A stretch of 64,000 nucleotides of DNA from a virus (taxonomy: Duplodnaviria; Caudoviricetes), in IMG/VR virus record IMGVR_UViG_3300010352_001202; one strand, given 5' to 3'. The notes under the pieces were generated by a model. The model saw only the letters and a list, made by a program, of their open reading frames with translations, made no database searches and was not told where the DNA came from. Shown here piece after piece: positions 39,426 through 49,003 of this stretch. Each line of letters starts with the position of its first letter. Position 1 is the stretch's first letter. Position numbers and translations under genes: made by a program.

Positions 39426-40253
39426 ATGAATAGAGATGGACATAAAGACGTAGTGTATTTCATTGGACCAGAAGTCGAACATACACCTGCATATTCGAAG
39501 AGAACATTGTTTGTCGTAGGCAAGCAGGATGTTGAACAGATTGAACGCATGGCAAGGGAATATAGGACTCCTCATATTTTCTTAGGTGCTAATCATTCCT
39601 TCAGTGTAGATCCAACAGATGGAACACTATACTGGGATAAGACAATTACTGCATTGCTAGATAAGGGATTTTGGGTAACTTTAGATTACCAGGCACATGA
39701 ACACAAGTCAGTTCTGCTAATGCTTAACAAGGGTATTTGGCAGTGCCGTACTTTCGTACCATTACTGAGTGTTCGCATTCCTAATGTACAGACATCAAGT
39801 ACCAATCTTACAATCAAGATTGACGATGTAGACTTCAAGGCAACAAATGCAGGTGTATGGTGTCTAAACCATCACGAAATTACAGATAGTAATCGTTTCA
39901 CAGACTGGAATGATTATACAACTGATGAGGTTGTTGCTCCACTAGCAGGTCCTGTGCCTAATCCTGTTTTGCGTGTACCGGTTCCGACACCCGTGTTTGC
40001 AGATAACAACAAGCCCGAAGTAAACCTAGAGAAGGCTAAGGAAGTTGTTGAAGCTGCAAAGAATGATCAATCAATTGGATTAGATACATCTGCTGTATCA
40101 CAATTGAAGCCGGAGGAAAATGCGCAAGAAACAGAAATTTCAACCCCGGCTGTGGCTAGCGTTAAGGACGCTGCTGAAGCTTATGCGGATGGAGCCACGA
40201 AGGATCCCCTCTCGTCGAAAGAACCGTCGAAGAAAGCTAAAGGCAAGGCATGA
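39426..40253 (+). CDS. hypothetical protein of the modification cluster
   Basis: 275 aa, FIG.EVEHTP...GANHS, low-complexity C-terminus. Confidence 0.75.
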   Translation: MNRDGHKDVVYFIGPEVEHTPAYSKRTLFVVGKQDVEQIERMAREYRTPHIFLGANHSFSVDPTDGTLYWDKTITALLDKGFWVTLDYQAHEHKSVLLMLNKGIWQCRTFVPLLSVRIPNVQTSSTNLTIKIDDVDFKATNAGVWCLNHHEITDSNRFTDWNDYTTDEVVAPLAGPVPNPVLRVPVPTPVFADNNKPEVNLEKAKEVVEAAKNDQSIGLDTSAVSQLKPEENAQETEISTPAVASVKDAAEAYADGATKDPLSSKEPSKKAKGKA

Positions 40254-40630
40254 TAAAAAGTAGAACTATTTTTATTACTTTCCAGAAGGAAGGTATTCAT
40301 CGCTATCCGGATGCACCTGCAGGAGTTGAGTTCCTGCAACATCCACATAGGCATATTTTCCACTTTAGGGTTACTGTAGATGTTTTCCACAACGACCGTG
40401 ACATCGAGTTTATCCTTTTCAAACGCGAACTTGAGGCTCTTTATTCTGCGGCAACTTTAGAGGTAGATTACAAAAGTTGCGAAATGCTCGCAGAGGATCT
40501 TATTGGCTATATTTCCACAAAGTACCCCGGTCGCAACATTTCTGTAGAGGTTAGCGAAGATGGGGAAAATGGCGCAACTCTTCAATATGTTCCGCAGGAA
40601 AAAAGTTGTGGCGGATGTTGCGGTAATTGA
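40250..40630 (+). CDS. QueD-paralogue T-fold protein (DpdL-like)
   Basis: H...LQHPHRHIF (LxxxHRHxF, not CxxxHGH), SCEMLA, VSEDGENG. Confidence 0.7.
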   Translation: MIKSRTIFITFQKEGIHRYPDAPAGVEFLQHPHRHIFHFRVTVDVFHNDRDIEFILFKRELEALYSAATLEVDYKSCEMLAEDLIGYISTKYPGRNISVEVSEDGENGATLQYVPQEKSCGGCCGN

Positions 40631-40835
40631 GGATCCGCATGCTAAAGAGTTTGGAGACAAATATAAAGTAGTCTTCAAACTCGAAGGACACACACATCGG
40701 CATTACGAAATGTTAGAATGGGTTAATAATAATACCGTTGGTTCTGCCGATGTAAGATTTATAGATAGTTCGGTATATTTTGCTTTTGAAAACGAAAGCG
40801 ATGCAACCTTTTTCAAGATAAAATATTCAGTATGA
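40608..40835 (+). CDS. hypothetical protein (F-x-x-x-x-D-A-x-x-F family)
   Basis: Ends FAFENESDATFFKIKY; start uncertain. Confidence 0.65.
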   Translation: MADVAVIEDPHAKEFGDKYKVVFKLEGHTHRHYEMLEWVNNNTVGSADVRFIDSSVYFAFENESDATFFKIKYSV

Positions 40836-41164
40836 GTGATAATATGAGTTCAACTTCAATGGCAGCTGGTGATCCATGGATTTACCAGTCTAATACTATT
40901 CCGACTTCTACATTTACAGCTGGTTCGGGGCTATTGGTATCTTCATCAGCGACAGCGACCTGGCAAAATATCGAACTTGATCTTCCTGCCAATAAAGATT
41001 TCAAAGAACTTGCAGATAGGATTGGCGAGATTGAAAAACAAATGATGGTTCTCAGACCTGATTTAGCAATGCAAGAAAAGTATCCTGCGCTAAAAGAAGC
41101 ATACGATGCCTATCAGGTAATATTAGCTATTGTGAAAAGTAAAGGAACAGATGAAAAGCCATAA
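40832..41164 (+). CDS. hypothetical protein
   Basis: S/T-rich N-terminus, helical C-terminus EKYPALKEAY. Confidence 0.7.
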   Translation: MSDNMSSTSMAAGDPWIYQSNTIPTSTFTAGSGLLVSSSATATWQNIELDLPANKDFKELADRIGEIEKQMMVLRPDLAMQEKYPALKEAYDAYQVILAIVKSKGTDEKP

Positions 41165-42119
41165 AGTTTTGATCACAGGTGGTGGGGGATTTATTGGAAC
41201 ACAAGTTGCGTGGGAATTAGCCCTTCACGGACACGATATCACTATTGTTGACAGAGAACTACCAAAACATCGTTATCCGGGAATCTACCGTGTAAGCGAC
41301 TACCTGGAATTTTTTGAGAAAAACGAAACTCATTATGATACTATCGTTCACCTTGCTGCTGAACATATTGTTCCTGTTAGTGTAACAGAACCGGAGAAGT
41401 ATTACACAAATAATGTGATAAAAATGAAGGCTATGCTTGACTATATGGTCGAGCGTCGCATCAAAAATATAATCTTTAGTTCTAGCGGTAATACATACGG
41501 CAGGCAAGGTGGCAATGGCGCTCTTATCGAGAACTTGTATTATGATCCGGAAAATCCATATGCAAGTACAAAGGTAACAGGCGAACTTCTTATCAAAGAT
41601 TATGCAAGGGCATACGGATTGAAGTATGTAAACTTTAGATACTTCAATGCTGCTGGTGCAGATCCGCTATGCAGATTTGGATATGTACAACGCCCTGCAA
41701 CACATGTTATTCCTATTCTTTGCAATAAGGTACTAAATGATGAAGTATTTCAAATCTACGGTAATGAATATTTTACGAAGGACGGGACTTGTATTAGAGA
41801 TTATGTACATGTCGCAGACCTGGCAAGAGCACATTCAAAAGCAATAGAATATTTAGACGCAGGAAATGAAAACGACACATTCAATATCGGCGGCGGCAGT
41901 AGCGGTATCAGTGTCAAAGATTTAGTAGATGTTGTAGGTAAGGTAGTAGGCAAAACACCGTTGGTAGAATATGCACCACGACGAGAAGGTGACCCGGGTA
42001 TTCTTGTAGCTAATATTCACAAAGCCAAAGAGAAGTTGGATTGGGAACCTATGTACAATATCGAACATATTGTGCAACATGCATGGGATTGGGAGAAGAA
42101 ACTTGAAACAAGTGAATGA
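41151..42119 (+). CDS. galE: UDP-glucose 4-epimerase
   Basis: GGGGFIG, HLAA, FSSS, YASTK, FRYFNAAG, DGTCIRDYVHV.DLA, RREGD. Confidence 0.9.
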   Translation: MKSHKVLITGGGGFIGTQVAWELALHGHDITIVDRELPKHRYPGIYRVSDYLEFFEKNETHYDTIVHLAAEHIVPVSVTEPEKYYTNNVIKMKAMLDYMVERRIKNIIFSSSGNTYGRQGGNGALIENLYYDPENPYASTKVTGELLIKDYARAYGLKYVNFRYFNAAGADPLCRFGYVQRPATHVIPILCNKVLNDEVFQIYGNEYFTKDGTCIRDYVHVADLARAHSKAIEYLDAGNENDTFNIGGGSSGISVKDLVDVVGKVVGKTPLVEYAPRREGDPGILVANIHKAKEKLDWEPMYNIEHIVQHAWDWEKKLETSE

Positions 42120-42399
42120 ACATCAAGAAGAGTGTCTGAATATTCTGCAAGAAGAATGTGCGGAAGTTATACAGGCAGCTTCTAAAATCAAACGATTTGG
42201 ATTAGTAGGTAAACGATTAGACTCGGATACTAATCTAAATAATTTAGAAACTGAGTTAGGTGATGTCCTAGCAATGGTAGAGTTAGTTATAAACTCCGGT
42301 TTAGGAGTTACACAAGCGGGTATCGAAGAAGCAAAGCGTGCTAAATTTGAAAGACTATCGAGGTATATGCACACATGGGACCAAACATTAGAAAGCTAA
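42112..42399 (+). CDS. MazG-like nucleotide pyrophosphohydrolase
   Basis: EECAEVIQ...ELGDVL motif. Confidence 0.75.
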   Translation: MNEHQEECLNILQEECAEVIQAASKIKRFGLVGKRLDSDTNLNNLETELGDVLAMVELVINSGLGVTQAGIEEAKRAKFERLSRYMHTWDQTLES

Positions 42400-43019
42400 A
42401 AGAACTGTTCTCAAAACCAAAACAACCTATAGAGGAACCTATTGAAGATTCCATGTTAGGTACTAAAGATTTCACTATAGAGTCATATATCTACCCAGCC
42501 TCAACTGCGTCCGCGGCACAGATGACTAGCCAGACAGTAACTGCCGGAACAGGTGGTTCGTATATGTCTACCTCTACGAGCGGTTCGTATACATACACAA
42601 TTCCCAGCACTGCAACTGCTGGTGCAGGGTATGTGAATATATCCGGTGGCGGTGGTGGAATATCAATTAGTAATCCTTTCTCGATAGGATCAATAGGTGC
42701 AATGAAAGGCCCTGCAGCCAATGTTCTTAAATTATCAAATGCAGGAAAAGAAATAGTCACACTGAATAAAGATGGGTCTGTTACTTGGCATGACGAAATT
42801 AATATAAATGAAGCGGCAGACGCATTTGCTAAATCATTGAGTTTAGGTGCAGAGCACATGGCAGGTATTACACAAGGTGTAAAGCAAAGGATGCGCGATA
42901 GTGTCTTTAATGATTTGATTGAGATTGCTAAAGAGAAAGGTTCTCTATCTGCAGATGACTTGACTTATCTGTTATCTGCTGCTAAAATAATGGAAAAACT
43001 AAAAGGACCGAGGGACTAA
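42375..43019 (+). CDS. hypothetical protein with S/T/G-rich region
   Basis: 214-aa ORF; start uncertain. Confidence 0.65.
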   Translation: MGPNIRKLKELFSKPKQPIEEPIEDSMLGTKDFTIESYIYPASTASAAQMTSQTVTAGTGGSYMSTSTSGSYTYTIPSTATAGAGYVNISGGGGGISISNPFSIGSIGAMKGPAANVLKLSNAGKEIVTLNKDGSVTWHDEININEAADAFAKSLSLGAEHMAGITQGVKQRMRDSVFNDLIEIAKEKGSLSADDLTYLLSAAKIMEKLKGPRD

Positions 43020-43020
43020 T

Positions 43021-43896
43021 ATGTTTGGAACAAATGAAATTGTCGGAAAGAAATATTTTAAGGATGCACCAAAGGATAGCTTGTTTGTAACAAGTATGTT
43101 CTTCACATTGCAAGGCGAGGGTCCCTTTGCCGGCCAACCTGCAATCTTCATTCGTTTGACAAAGTGTAATCTCGATTGCAGTTTTTGTGATACATTCTTT
43201 GATGATGGCGACTGGCTAACATTCAAAGAAATTGAAGCCAAGGTATATCACACAATCTGTGATTATTGGAATTCAAAGGGACAACCCGTCCCGTTGTGGG
43301 CATTACCGGCCGGCGGCGGCCCTTTGTATCCTAATATTGTAATGGTAATAACAGGCGGAGAGCCTTTACTTCAGGATAATCTTTCAGAATTTATGCGTCA
43401 ACAAGCCGGTGACTTCAAGGCAATACAGATTGAAAGTAATGGTGTACTTGATACCGAAGTGCCGGAAGAAGTGGTGCTTGTTTGCTCTCCCAAATGCGGT
43501 GAGAAAGATGGCAAGCCTACAAAGTATCTGCGTCCAAGCAAGACTATTCTAGAGCGTGCTGATTGCTTGAAGTTTGTAATGAGTGCAGATCCTAATAGCC
43601 CATATCACACAGTGCCCGAGTGGGCTATTGAGTGGTCGCAGGTAAAGGGTGATGTATATTGCAGCCCAATGAATATTTACAATACCTTCCCGCAGAAGAT
43701 TAAGTTACTTCGTGCAGAGAAGGGTAACATTACAATGGCTGAACGCAGCACTGTAGATGAAGTTATTAGCTTCTGGGAACCGGGTTTGCTGAACTTAGCA
43801 GAAAACCAAGCTAACCACGAATATACAGCAAGATACTGCATGGATAACGGCTTTAAGCTCAACCTGCAAATGCATTTATATGCGAGCCTTGCCTAA
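43021..43896 (+). CDS. queE: 7-carboxy-7-deazaguanine synthase (radical SAM)
   Basis: F.TLQGEG...G.PA.FIRL..CNLDCSFCDT, ITGGEPLLQ, IESNG, SPK, QMH. Confidence 0.88.
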   Translation: MFGTNEIVGKKYFKDAPKDSLFVTSMFFTLQGEGPFAGQPAIFIRLTKCNLDCSFCDTFFDDGDWLTFKEIEAKVYHTICDYWNSKGQPVPLWALPAGGGPLYPNIVMVITGGEPLLQDNLSEFMRQQAGDFKAIQIESNGVLDTEVPEEVVLVCSPKCGEKDGKPTKYLRPSKTILERADCLKFVMSADPNSPYHTVPEWAIEWSQVKGDVYCSPMNIYNTFPQKIKLLRAEKGNITMAERSTVDEVISFWEPGLLNLAENQANHEYTARYCMDNGFKLNLQMHLYASLA

Positions 43897-44119
43897 AGAA
43901 TATCCTTACAGAGTTATATCTTGTAGTGAAAACAGATCTATACACGAATCTAAAAAAGCGTGGTTAGGTACACAAGGTATTCATTTTGGGGATTACGCTA
44001 TAAGAGATCTTCCCAAGGATTATACAGGTACTAAATACTGGGGTGGACTAAATTTTTATTGGTGCTTTGCAGACGAAGAAACTGCTACTATGTTTAGACT
44101 AAGATGGAATAAAGAATGA
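43880..44119 (+). CDS. hypothetical protein (F...A..F.L family)
   Basis: Ends WCFADEETATMFRLRW. Confidence 0.7.
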   Translation: MRALPKEYPYRVISCSENRSIHESKKAWLGTQGIHFGDYAIRDLPKDYTGTKYWGGLNFYWCFADEETATMFRLRWNKE

Positions 44120-44355
44120 ATCCGGAGAAACTAAGCTGGGATATGTCCAAGACAGATTCTATGGTTATCGTAATCAGTTACGAAGGAAAGAAAGTAATGA
44201 GTCTTTCTTTACATGAAGCAATTGAATCTGCAGGTCGTAAAGCAATCATGAAGCATGTTCGCGAATGCGATAGGACACCGTGGTTGAAAAAATGGCACGA
44301 CGATAAAATGGAACAGGAAATAGAAATCCTAAAGGGCAATGAAGTTTCTAAATAA
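44116..44355 (+). CDS. hypothetical protein
   Basis: 79 aa, ATGA overlap. Confidence 0.65.
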   Translation: MNPEKLSWDMSKTDSMVIVISYEGKKVMSLSLHEAIESAGRKAIMKHVRECDRTPWLKKWHDDKMEQEIEILKGNEVSK

Positions 44356-44551
44356 AAAGAAGAAATACAGAGAGACATGGAAAACATCTCCACCACCACC
44401 AATACATCAAATGAAGGATGCTAAGAAATGGTGTCAACAAAATGTCAGCAAAGGTAAATTCTATTTCCACTATACAAACACTAGATGGTGGTTTGAATTT
44501 GAAGACGATGCTCTAGTATTTGCACTAATTTGGGGTAGTGGTTCGAGATGA
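44339..44551 (+). CDS. hypothetical protein (F...DA..F.L family)
   Basis: Ends WFEFEDDALVFALIW. Confidence 0.7.
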   Translation: MKFLNKKKKYRETWKTSPPPPIHQMKDAKKWCQQNVSKGKFYFHYTNTRWWFEFEDDALVFALIWGSGSR

Positions 44552-44763
44552 ATATTCCTGCAGAATTTATCAACCGAGTTTACAAAACCAGATTTTCTGG
44601 CCTACTTAGCTCAGCCAGGGAACTAGATCAGATTCAGAATCTTGCGGAAGGTTCTGAGATAGATGTTATATATGAAAATGGTAGGGCAGTTGTTGTTCTT
44701 GTTTTTGAGACACAAGAGGATTGTCTTGCTTTTACACTAAAATATGGAAATAAATATGCCTAA
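44548..44763 (+). CDS. hypothetical protein (F...D...F.L family)
   Basis: Ends VFETQEDCLAFTLKY. Confidence 0.7.
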   Translation: MNIPAEFINRVYKTRFSGLLSSARELDQIQNLAEGSEIDVIYENGRAVVVLVFETQEDCLAFTLKYGNKYA

Positions 44764-45388
44764 ATTACCATTCGGGATTTTACCCGGACATTGGGGTCTT
44801 GCAGGAAAGACCAGAGAAATTGCACAAGCTGAATATGAGCTTACAGGTTACGACCTTGAAAAGCGTATCCTTGAAATCAATCACGATGATCCAAATTCAG
44901 CAGACTTCAAAAGAAAGTCACTGGAGATTGATCTAAGATATAATAAGATTACAGAACCTTTTTATCATCGTTCACTTGCCGATCTAATTAGCGATCCAAA
45001 ACAGAAGGCACTAGCTACTGCGGAGTTAGATTACCGCGAAGGTATAATTACAGACTTGGAGTACCAAAAGCAGACTGCCACCCTAAACAACGAACCCTGG
45101 GTCACTGTAATTAATATGGACTTTGGTAAGAAGACTGCCCTGGAAGGTAGCTTTGAACTCGACTGGAACGAGCAGTTTGTTGACAAACTAAAAGCAGAAG
45201 GCTATACTGGCCCTACACCAGACAACATTGTAAATCAGTGGTTTATGGAAGTATGTCGAAATGTTGCTATGGAAGAGTTTGACGGTACTGGAGACTTTAC
45301 CGCTGACTCGGAAGCCAATTTGGAAGCCGTGAAACGCTGGCAAGGCGGAACGGAATCCTTTCCTAAAGGTCGAAAAGGTTATAAGTGA
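44756..45388 (+). CDS. hypothetical protein
   Basis: EPWV.VI...G.FELDWN..FV..L...GY motif; start ATG 44756. Confidence 0.75.
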   Translation: MPKLPFGILPGHWGLAGKTREIAQAEYELTGYDLEKRILEINHDDPNSADFKRKSLEIDLRYNKITEPFYHRSLADLISDPKQKALATAELDYREGIITDLEYQKQTATLNNEPWVTVINMDFGKKTALEGSFELDWNEQFVDKLKAEGYTGPTPDNIVNQWFMEVCRNVAMEEFDGTGDFTADSEANLEAVKRWQGGTESFPKGRKGYK

Positions 45389-45648
45389 ATCCATCCTACT
45401 ACGCAATGAAACGCAGGCTCGGCGGTGAAAAATGGACTGTCCGAGACAAACTTGTTGGAACCCATTCGTGCCATCAGTGTCCGGGGCATATAGCCCACGG
45501 ATTAGTTATCGGCGAACGCCGTGCTGAAATCCTTTTCGACCACTATCAAAAGAGACCACGCATTGCCTATCGTGTCTACTGGAGAATGCATCCGGAAGAA
45601 TTGCGTCTTGTACAAGAAATCTACAAGAAAAAGAAATCCTCTAAATAG
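45385..45648 (+). CDS. hypothetical protein
   Basis: GTGA overlap, CxxC motif. Confidence 0.6.
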   Translation: MNPSYYAMKRRLGGEKWTVRDKLVGTHSCHQCPGHIAHGLVIGERRAEILFDHYQKRPRIAYRVYWRMHPEELRLVQEIYKKKKSSK

Positions 45649-45660
45649 TCAACGCCCCTG

Positions 45661-45689
45661 TTGACTATCCAACTACCCACTGTTATAAT
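45661..45689 (+). promoter_or_regulatory. sigma70-like promoter
   Basis: TTGACT-17-TATAAT with extended TG; ATG 6 nt after the -10. Confidence 0.8.
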
Positions 45690-45695
45690 AAACTA

Positions 45696-46739
45696 ATGCA
45701 CACCTATATCCATACTGACGGCCATAACCTATTCCACCGCCAAATCCGCATGACTAATCCGGCGCTGGGGCTGGATAGCATGATAGGCATGGCTCTTCAT
45801 CTCATCCTAAACAGCATGAAGAAGGAATATGTCAAGTGGGGCGGAACCCATGTCGTCTTCTATCTCGAAGGTCGTAGCTGGCGCAAGGATGTATATCCCG
45901 GATATAAGGCAAACAGAAAAGTAGCCTTTGCGCAACAGACTCCAAAAGAACAAGAAGACCACCACATCCTTGTGGAGGCCTTTGACGATTTCGTGCAGTA
46001 CCTTGATGAAAAGACAAACATCACAGTGCTTCAGAATCCAAAGGCCGAGGCAGATGACATGATTGCTATCTTCATCGATGCACATCCCGATGATAAGCAT
46101 ATTCTGATTAGCTCCGATTCGGACTTCTTTCAACTACTCCGCTATCCCAATGTAACAATATACGATCCTGTCAAAGATATCCTTATCAAGCAGGATGGAA
46201 TCTATGATGATGACGGTAATAAGCTTGAATTTACTGTTACATCTGGTGCCAAAATCAAAGCAGGGAAAAAGAATCCTGATTTTGTTTGCGATCCGGATTG
46301 GTTTAACTATGCACTGTTCCTAAAATGCATTCGTGGCGACGACACTGATAACATCTTCAGTGCATATCCGGGTGTACGCGAGAAGGGCACAAAAACCACT
46401 GTTGGTATTCGTGAAGCATATTCCGATCGCGAGGGCAAAGGGTTCTCGTGGAACAACTTCATGTTGCAAAAGTGGGTTGACGAAAATAAGGTTGAGCAGC
46501 GAGTAAAAGAAAAATACGAATTCAATAGATCACTTATCGACCTTGGCCAAATTCCCGATGATGTAAAAATCGGATGTCTTGAAATCATTGCATCACAGAC
46601 TGGCAGAAAGAGTGTGCCTGCAATGGATATAGGAACAGGGTTTATGAAGTTCTGTGGTAAATGGGCACTAAAGAAGATCGGCGATAATGCCAACGCTTTT
46701 ATGCCAATGTTGAAAGCTAAATACAGCGAGCACCAATAG
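45696..46739 (+). CDS. 5'-3' exonuclease / T4 RNase H-like flap nuclease
   Basis: DGHNL, SWRK..YPGYKANR, EADD, SSDSDF.QL, GDDTDNI. Confidence 0.9.
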   Translation: MHTYIHTDGHNLFHRQIRMTNPALGLDSMIGMALHLILNSMKKEYVKWGGTHVVFYLEGRSWRKDVYPGYKANRKVAFAQQTPKEQEDHHILVEAFDDFVQYLDEKTNITVLQNPKAEADDMIAIFIDAHPDDKHILISSDSDFFQLLRYPNVTIYDPVKDILIKQDGIYDDDGNKLEFTVTSGAKIKAGKKNPDFVCDPDWFNYALFLKCIRGDDTDNIFSAYPGVREKGTKTTVGIREAYSDREGKGFSWNNFMLQKWVDENKVEQRVKEKYEFNRSLIDLGQIPDDVKIGCLEIIASQTGRKSVPAMDIGTGFMKFCGKWALKKIGDNANAFMPMLKAKYSEHQ

Positions 46740-46927
46740 TCCGTGGTTTCCGATTGTATTTTCGGTGGTGTTTACAGCCTATACCTGGGTTTTTGTTGAA
46801 GTTGTCATTCCTAATGGCGAAGCACAAAAACAGAGGGAAATAGATTGCAAGAATAAAAACGGAATTTTGCTGGAACACAAAGACGCAGGACCACTCTGCA
46901 TTAAACGAGAAATGATAATAACATAAT

Positions 46928-47425
46928 ATGTCTATAAAACTAAAACCCATTACAGAAACAAGCTGGCTCGTTATTGGTGACACCGACGATACAAGAATTG
47001 GTCTGTTAACAGAAATTCGTAATCAGTATGTCCTAATGGTTAAGGGCGAAAAGCAACAGTTTGTAAACAGAAAAGCAGTAAACATATATTTCAACGAAGA
47101 TGTTTTCAAGAATGTAGTTGAGCCTACGGAAGAGGCTCCTGTAAAGAAAACTTACTTCATCAACGGTTTCCCTGTGGACTTTGATAGTCCAAATGAGGTG
47201 TTGCTAAAAGGTAACAAGTTGCCTCTCTTTAGCAAAAAAGCGACAAGCGATGTGTATTATAGTGCAGGATATTATTGCTTGCATTTCCCTAAGAATTGGA
47301 TGCCTGCATATTGTCCAAAGCTATCCACCCTTGAGACATACGAATATGCAGGTCCCTATAAGACAGAATTAGAAATGCGTAGTTCGCTAACTAAGCTACG
47401 CAAGGAAAAGAATGCAGGCAAGTAA
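46928..47425 (+). CDS. hypothetical protein
   Basis: 165 aa, LPLFSK...YY.AGYY...CPKL.TL..Y.Y.GP. Confidence 0.75.
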   Translation: MSIKLKPITETSWLVIGDTDDTRIGLLTEIRNQYVLMVKGEKQQFVNRKAVNIYFNEDVFKNVVEPTEEAPVKKTYFINGFPVDFDSPNEVLLKGNKLPLFSKKATSDVYYSAGYYCLHFPKNWMPAYCPKLSTLETYEYAGPYKTELEMRSSLTKLRKEKNAGK

Positions 47426-47721
47426 TGAGCGGTTGCGATATTTATTTTGTAGGATATGACAATGCACGAACTGATCGTGTGTGGGGATATCTATTAGAAG
47501 ATCTTAATGATCAAACTGCACCCTGGAACAGAAAATACCATACATTCTGGGGTAGCAGAAAAGGAAAGATTTATTTCCAAGGTGCAAAAAATTTCAACTC
47601 TGTAAAAGGCAACTACAGAGAGAAAATGAAAAAATATACAAGGGATGACACACTAAAAGATAAAGTGTTGGCAGACTTCGGTCAATTACTTCTAGTGCGT
47701 AAGCTAAAATATGGCTATTAA
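47425..47721 (+). CDS. WGR-like domain protein
   Basis: DRVWGY...FWGSRKG. Confidence 0.6.
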   Translation: MSGCDIYFVGYDNARTDRVWGYLLEDLNDQTAPWNRKYHTFWGSRKGKIYFQGAKNFNSVKGNYREKMKKYTRDDTLKDKVLADFGQLLLVRKLKYGY

Positions 47722-47723
47722 TC

Positions 47724-48059
47724 ATGGAAGACCTTATTACCGTTCACTGGTGTGGATTCAAACGCGATAGCGGCCGGGGGCAGGTGTGGGGTTATTTTAC
47801 TCCCAAGAATGTGGAACTTAGAATTCTAAATCGTTGGGAAGATCGTCCTCCTGTCGAATGCTGCGTATTTCGCGGTAAGATTGGTAAGTCATTATATCTT
47901 GAAGATGCCGATTATACCACAGTATTCCAACAAGAAGTTAGCACCAGGATGAAAAACTATAAAACCATCGATCCTGCCAAGATCCTTCCTAACTGGACTG
48001 CATTCAAGGAAGAGATGCGTCTGTATATGCTGTTCAGGAAACTAAGCGTAAATGAGTGA
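47724..48059 (+). CDS. WGR-like domain protein
   Basis: QVWGYF...FRGKIG; resembles 47425 and 62025. Confidence 0.6.
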   Translation: MEDLITVHWCGFKRDSGRGQVWGYFTPKNVELRILNRWEDRPPVECCVFRGKIGKSLYLEDADYTTVFQQEVSTRMKNYKTIDPAKILPNWTAFKEEMRLYMLFRKLSVNE

Positions 48060-48246
48060 AATAACTAAACTAAGAGCACGCCTGAAGAATGTACAGAAGA
48101 ATGTAACAGAATACAGGATGACTGTTGCAGAAGCCAAAGAACTATTGCGAGAGATAGATATATTACAAAAAGAAAAACCACCTCAAGTGGTTGTCAGTGA
48201 AACTGCCGTTAGAACAACTCAAATATTAGACGGCGGCGTTTTCTAA
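48052..48246 (+). CDS. hypothetical protein
   Basis: 64 aa, ends LDGGVF. Confidence 0.65.
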   Translation: MSEITKLRARLKNVQKNVTEYRMTVAEAKELLREIDILQKEKPPQVVVSETAVRTTQILDGGVF

Positions 48247-48268
48247 GGGACCTTCGGGTCCCTTTTTT
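48245..48268 (+). terminator. intrinsic terminator
   Basis: AAGGGACC-TTCG-GGTCCCTT then T-run. Confidence 0.88.
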
Positions 48269-48329
48269 AATGCTTCGATAAATAGGTGTTTTTGATAAAT
48301 ATATACACATTTATTGGAGAACAGAAAAT

Positions 48330-48623
48330 ATGGCAAGACCTAAGCCTACCATAATTTTAGAAAATGTTAATTCGAAAACTTATAAGGCCGAACAAGTTCT
48401 TGATGCAGAAGCGATTTACGCGGTGTTCTATAAAGAGAAACCTATCAATCTACGCACCCTGAGTCACTTGGTTTCGTATCCAGGACCTAAGTATAAGAAG
48501 GTGAGCTTTTCTAATTCGGGGCATGCGTTCAATCTAGCTGAAAGATTGAATAAGATGTTCAAAACAACAGATTTTTCAGTATTCAAATTAACTACAGGCG
48601 TGCCCTGTACTGAAGACGATTAA
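48330..48623 (+). CDS. hypothetical protein
   Basis: Tandem ATAAATA (48278, 48295), GGAG RBS. Confidence 0.8.
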   Translation: MARPKPTIILENVNSKTYKAEQVLDAEAIYAVFYKEKPINLRTLSHLVSYPGPKYKKVSFSNSGHAFNLAERLNKMFKTTDFSVFKLTTGVPCTEDD

Positions 48624-48985
48624 GGCAATGTATCCACAAAATACTGTGGATACATCTGACCAAACTTCCTCATAATAACACCAGCAATAGCATTAGCCTG
48701 ATTTTCAGTTTCACTTCCATCAGACCCGTCTAACTCCATCCCGGAGATTCTTTGCTTCCAGTGTACCAACTCGTGAGCAAGGGTTCTCATAACATCCATA
48801 GGATGTCTTCCCTTAGTTACAACATGAACTGTATTGTTGCTAAACTCTCCAAAAGAAGTGCCAGCACCTACAGTATCATCATCAACAAGATTTATTTCTG
48901 GCATCTCTGAAAGATCCAGTTCATGCTTGCACAACTGTAACAGGTGTGTTATCATATGTTCTTGTACTGCTTCACGAATTCTCAT
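48620..48985 (-). CDS. HExxH zinc-metallopeptidase-like protein
   Basis: RTLAHELVH...E..ANA.AG; start set at ATG 5 nt after ATAAATA (48991-48997, -). Confidence 0.7.
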   Translation of the reverse strand: MRIREAVQEHMITHLLQLCKHELDLSEMPEINLVDDDTVGAGTSFGEFSNNTVHVVTKGRHPMDVMRTLAHELVHWKQRISGMELDGSDGSETENQANAIAGVIMRKFGQMYPQYFVDTLP

Positions 48986-49003
48986 AACACTATTTATCAC
49001 ACA

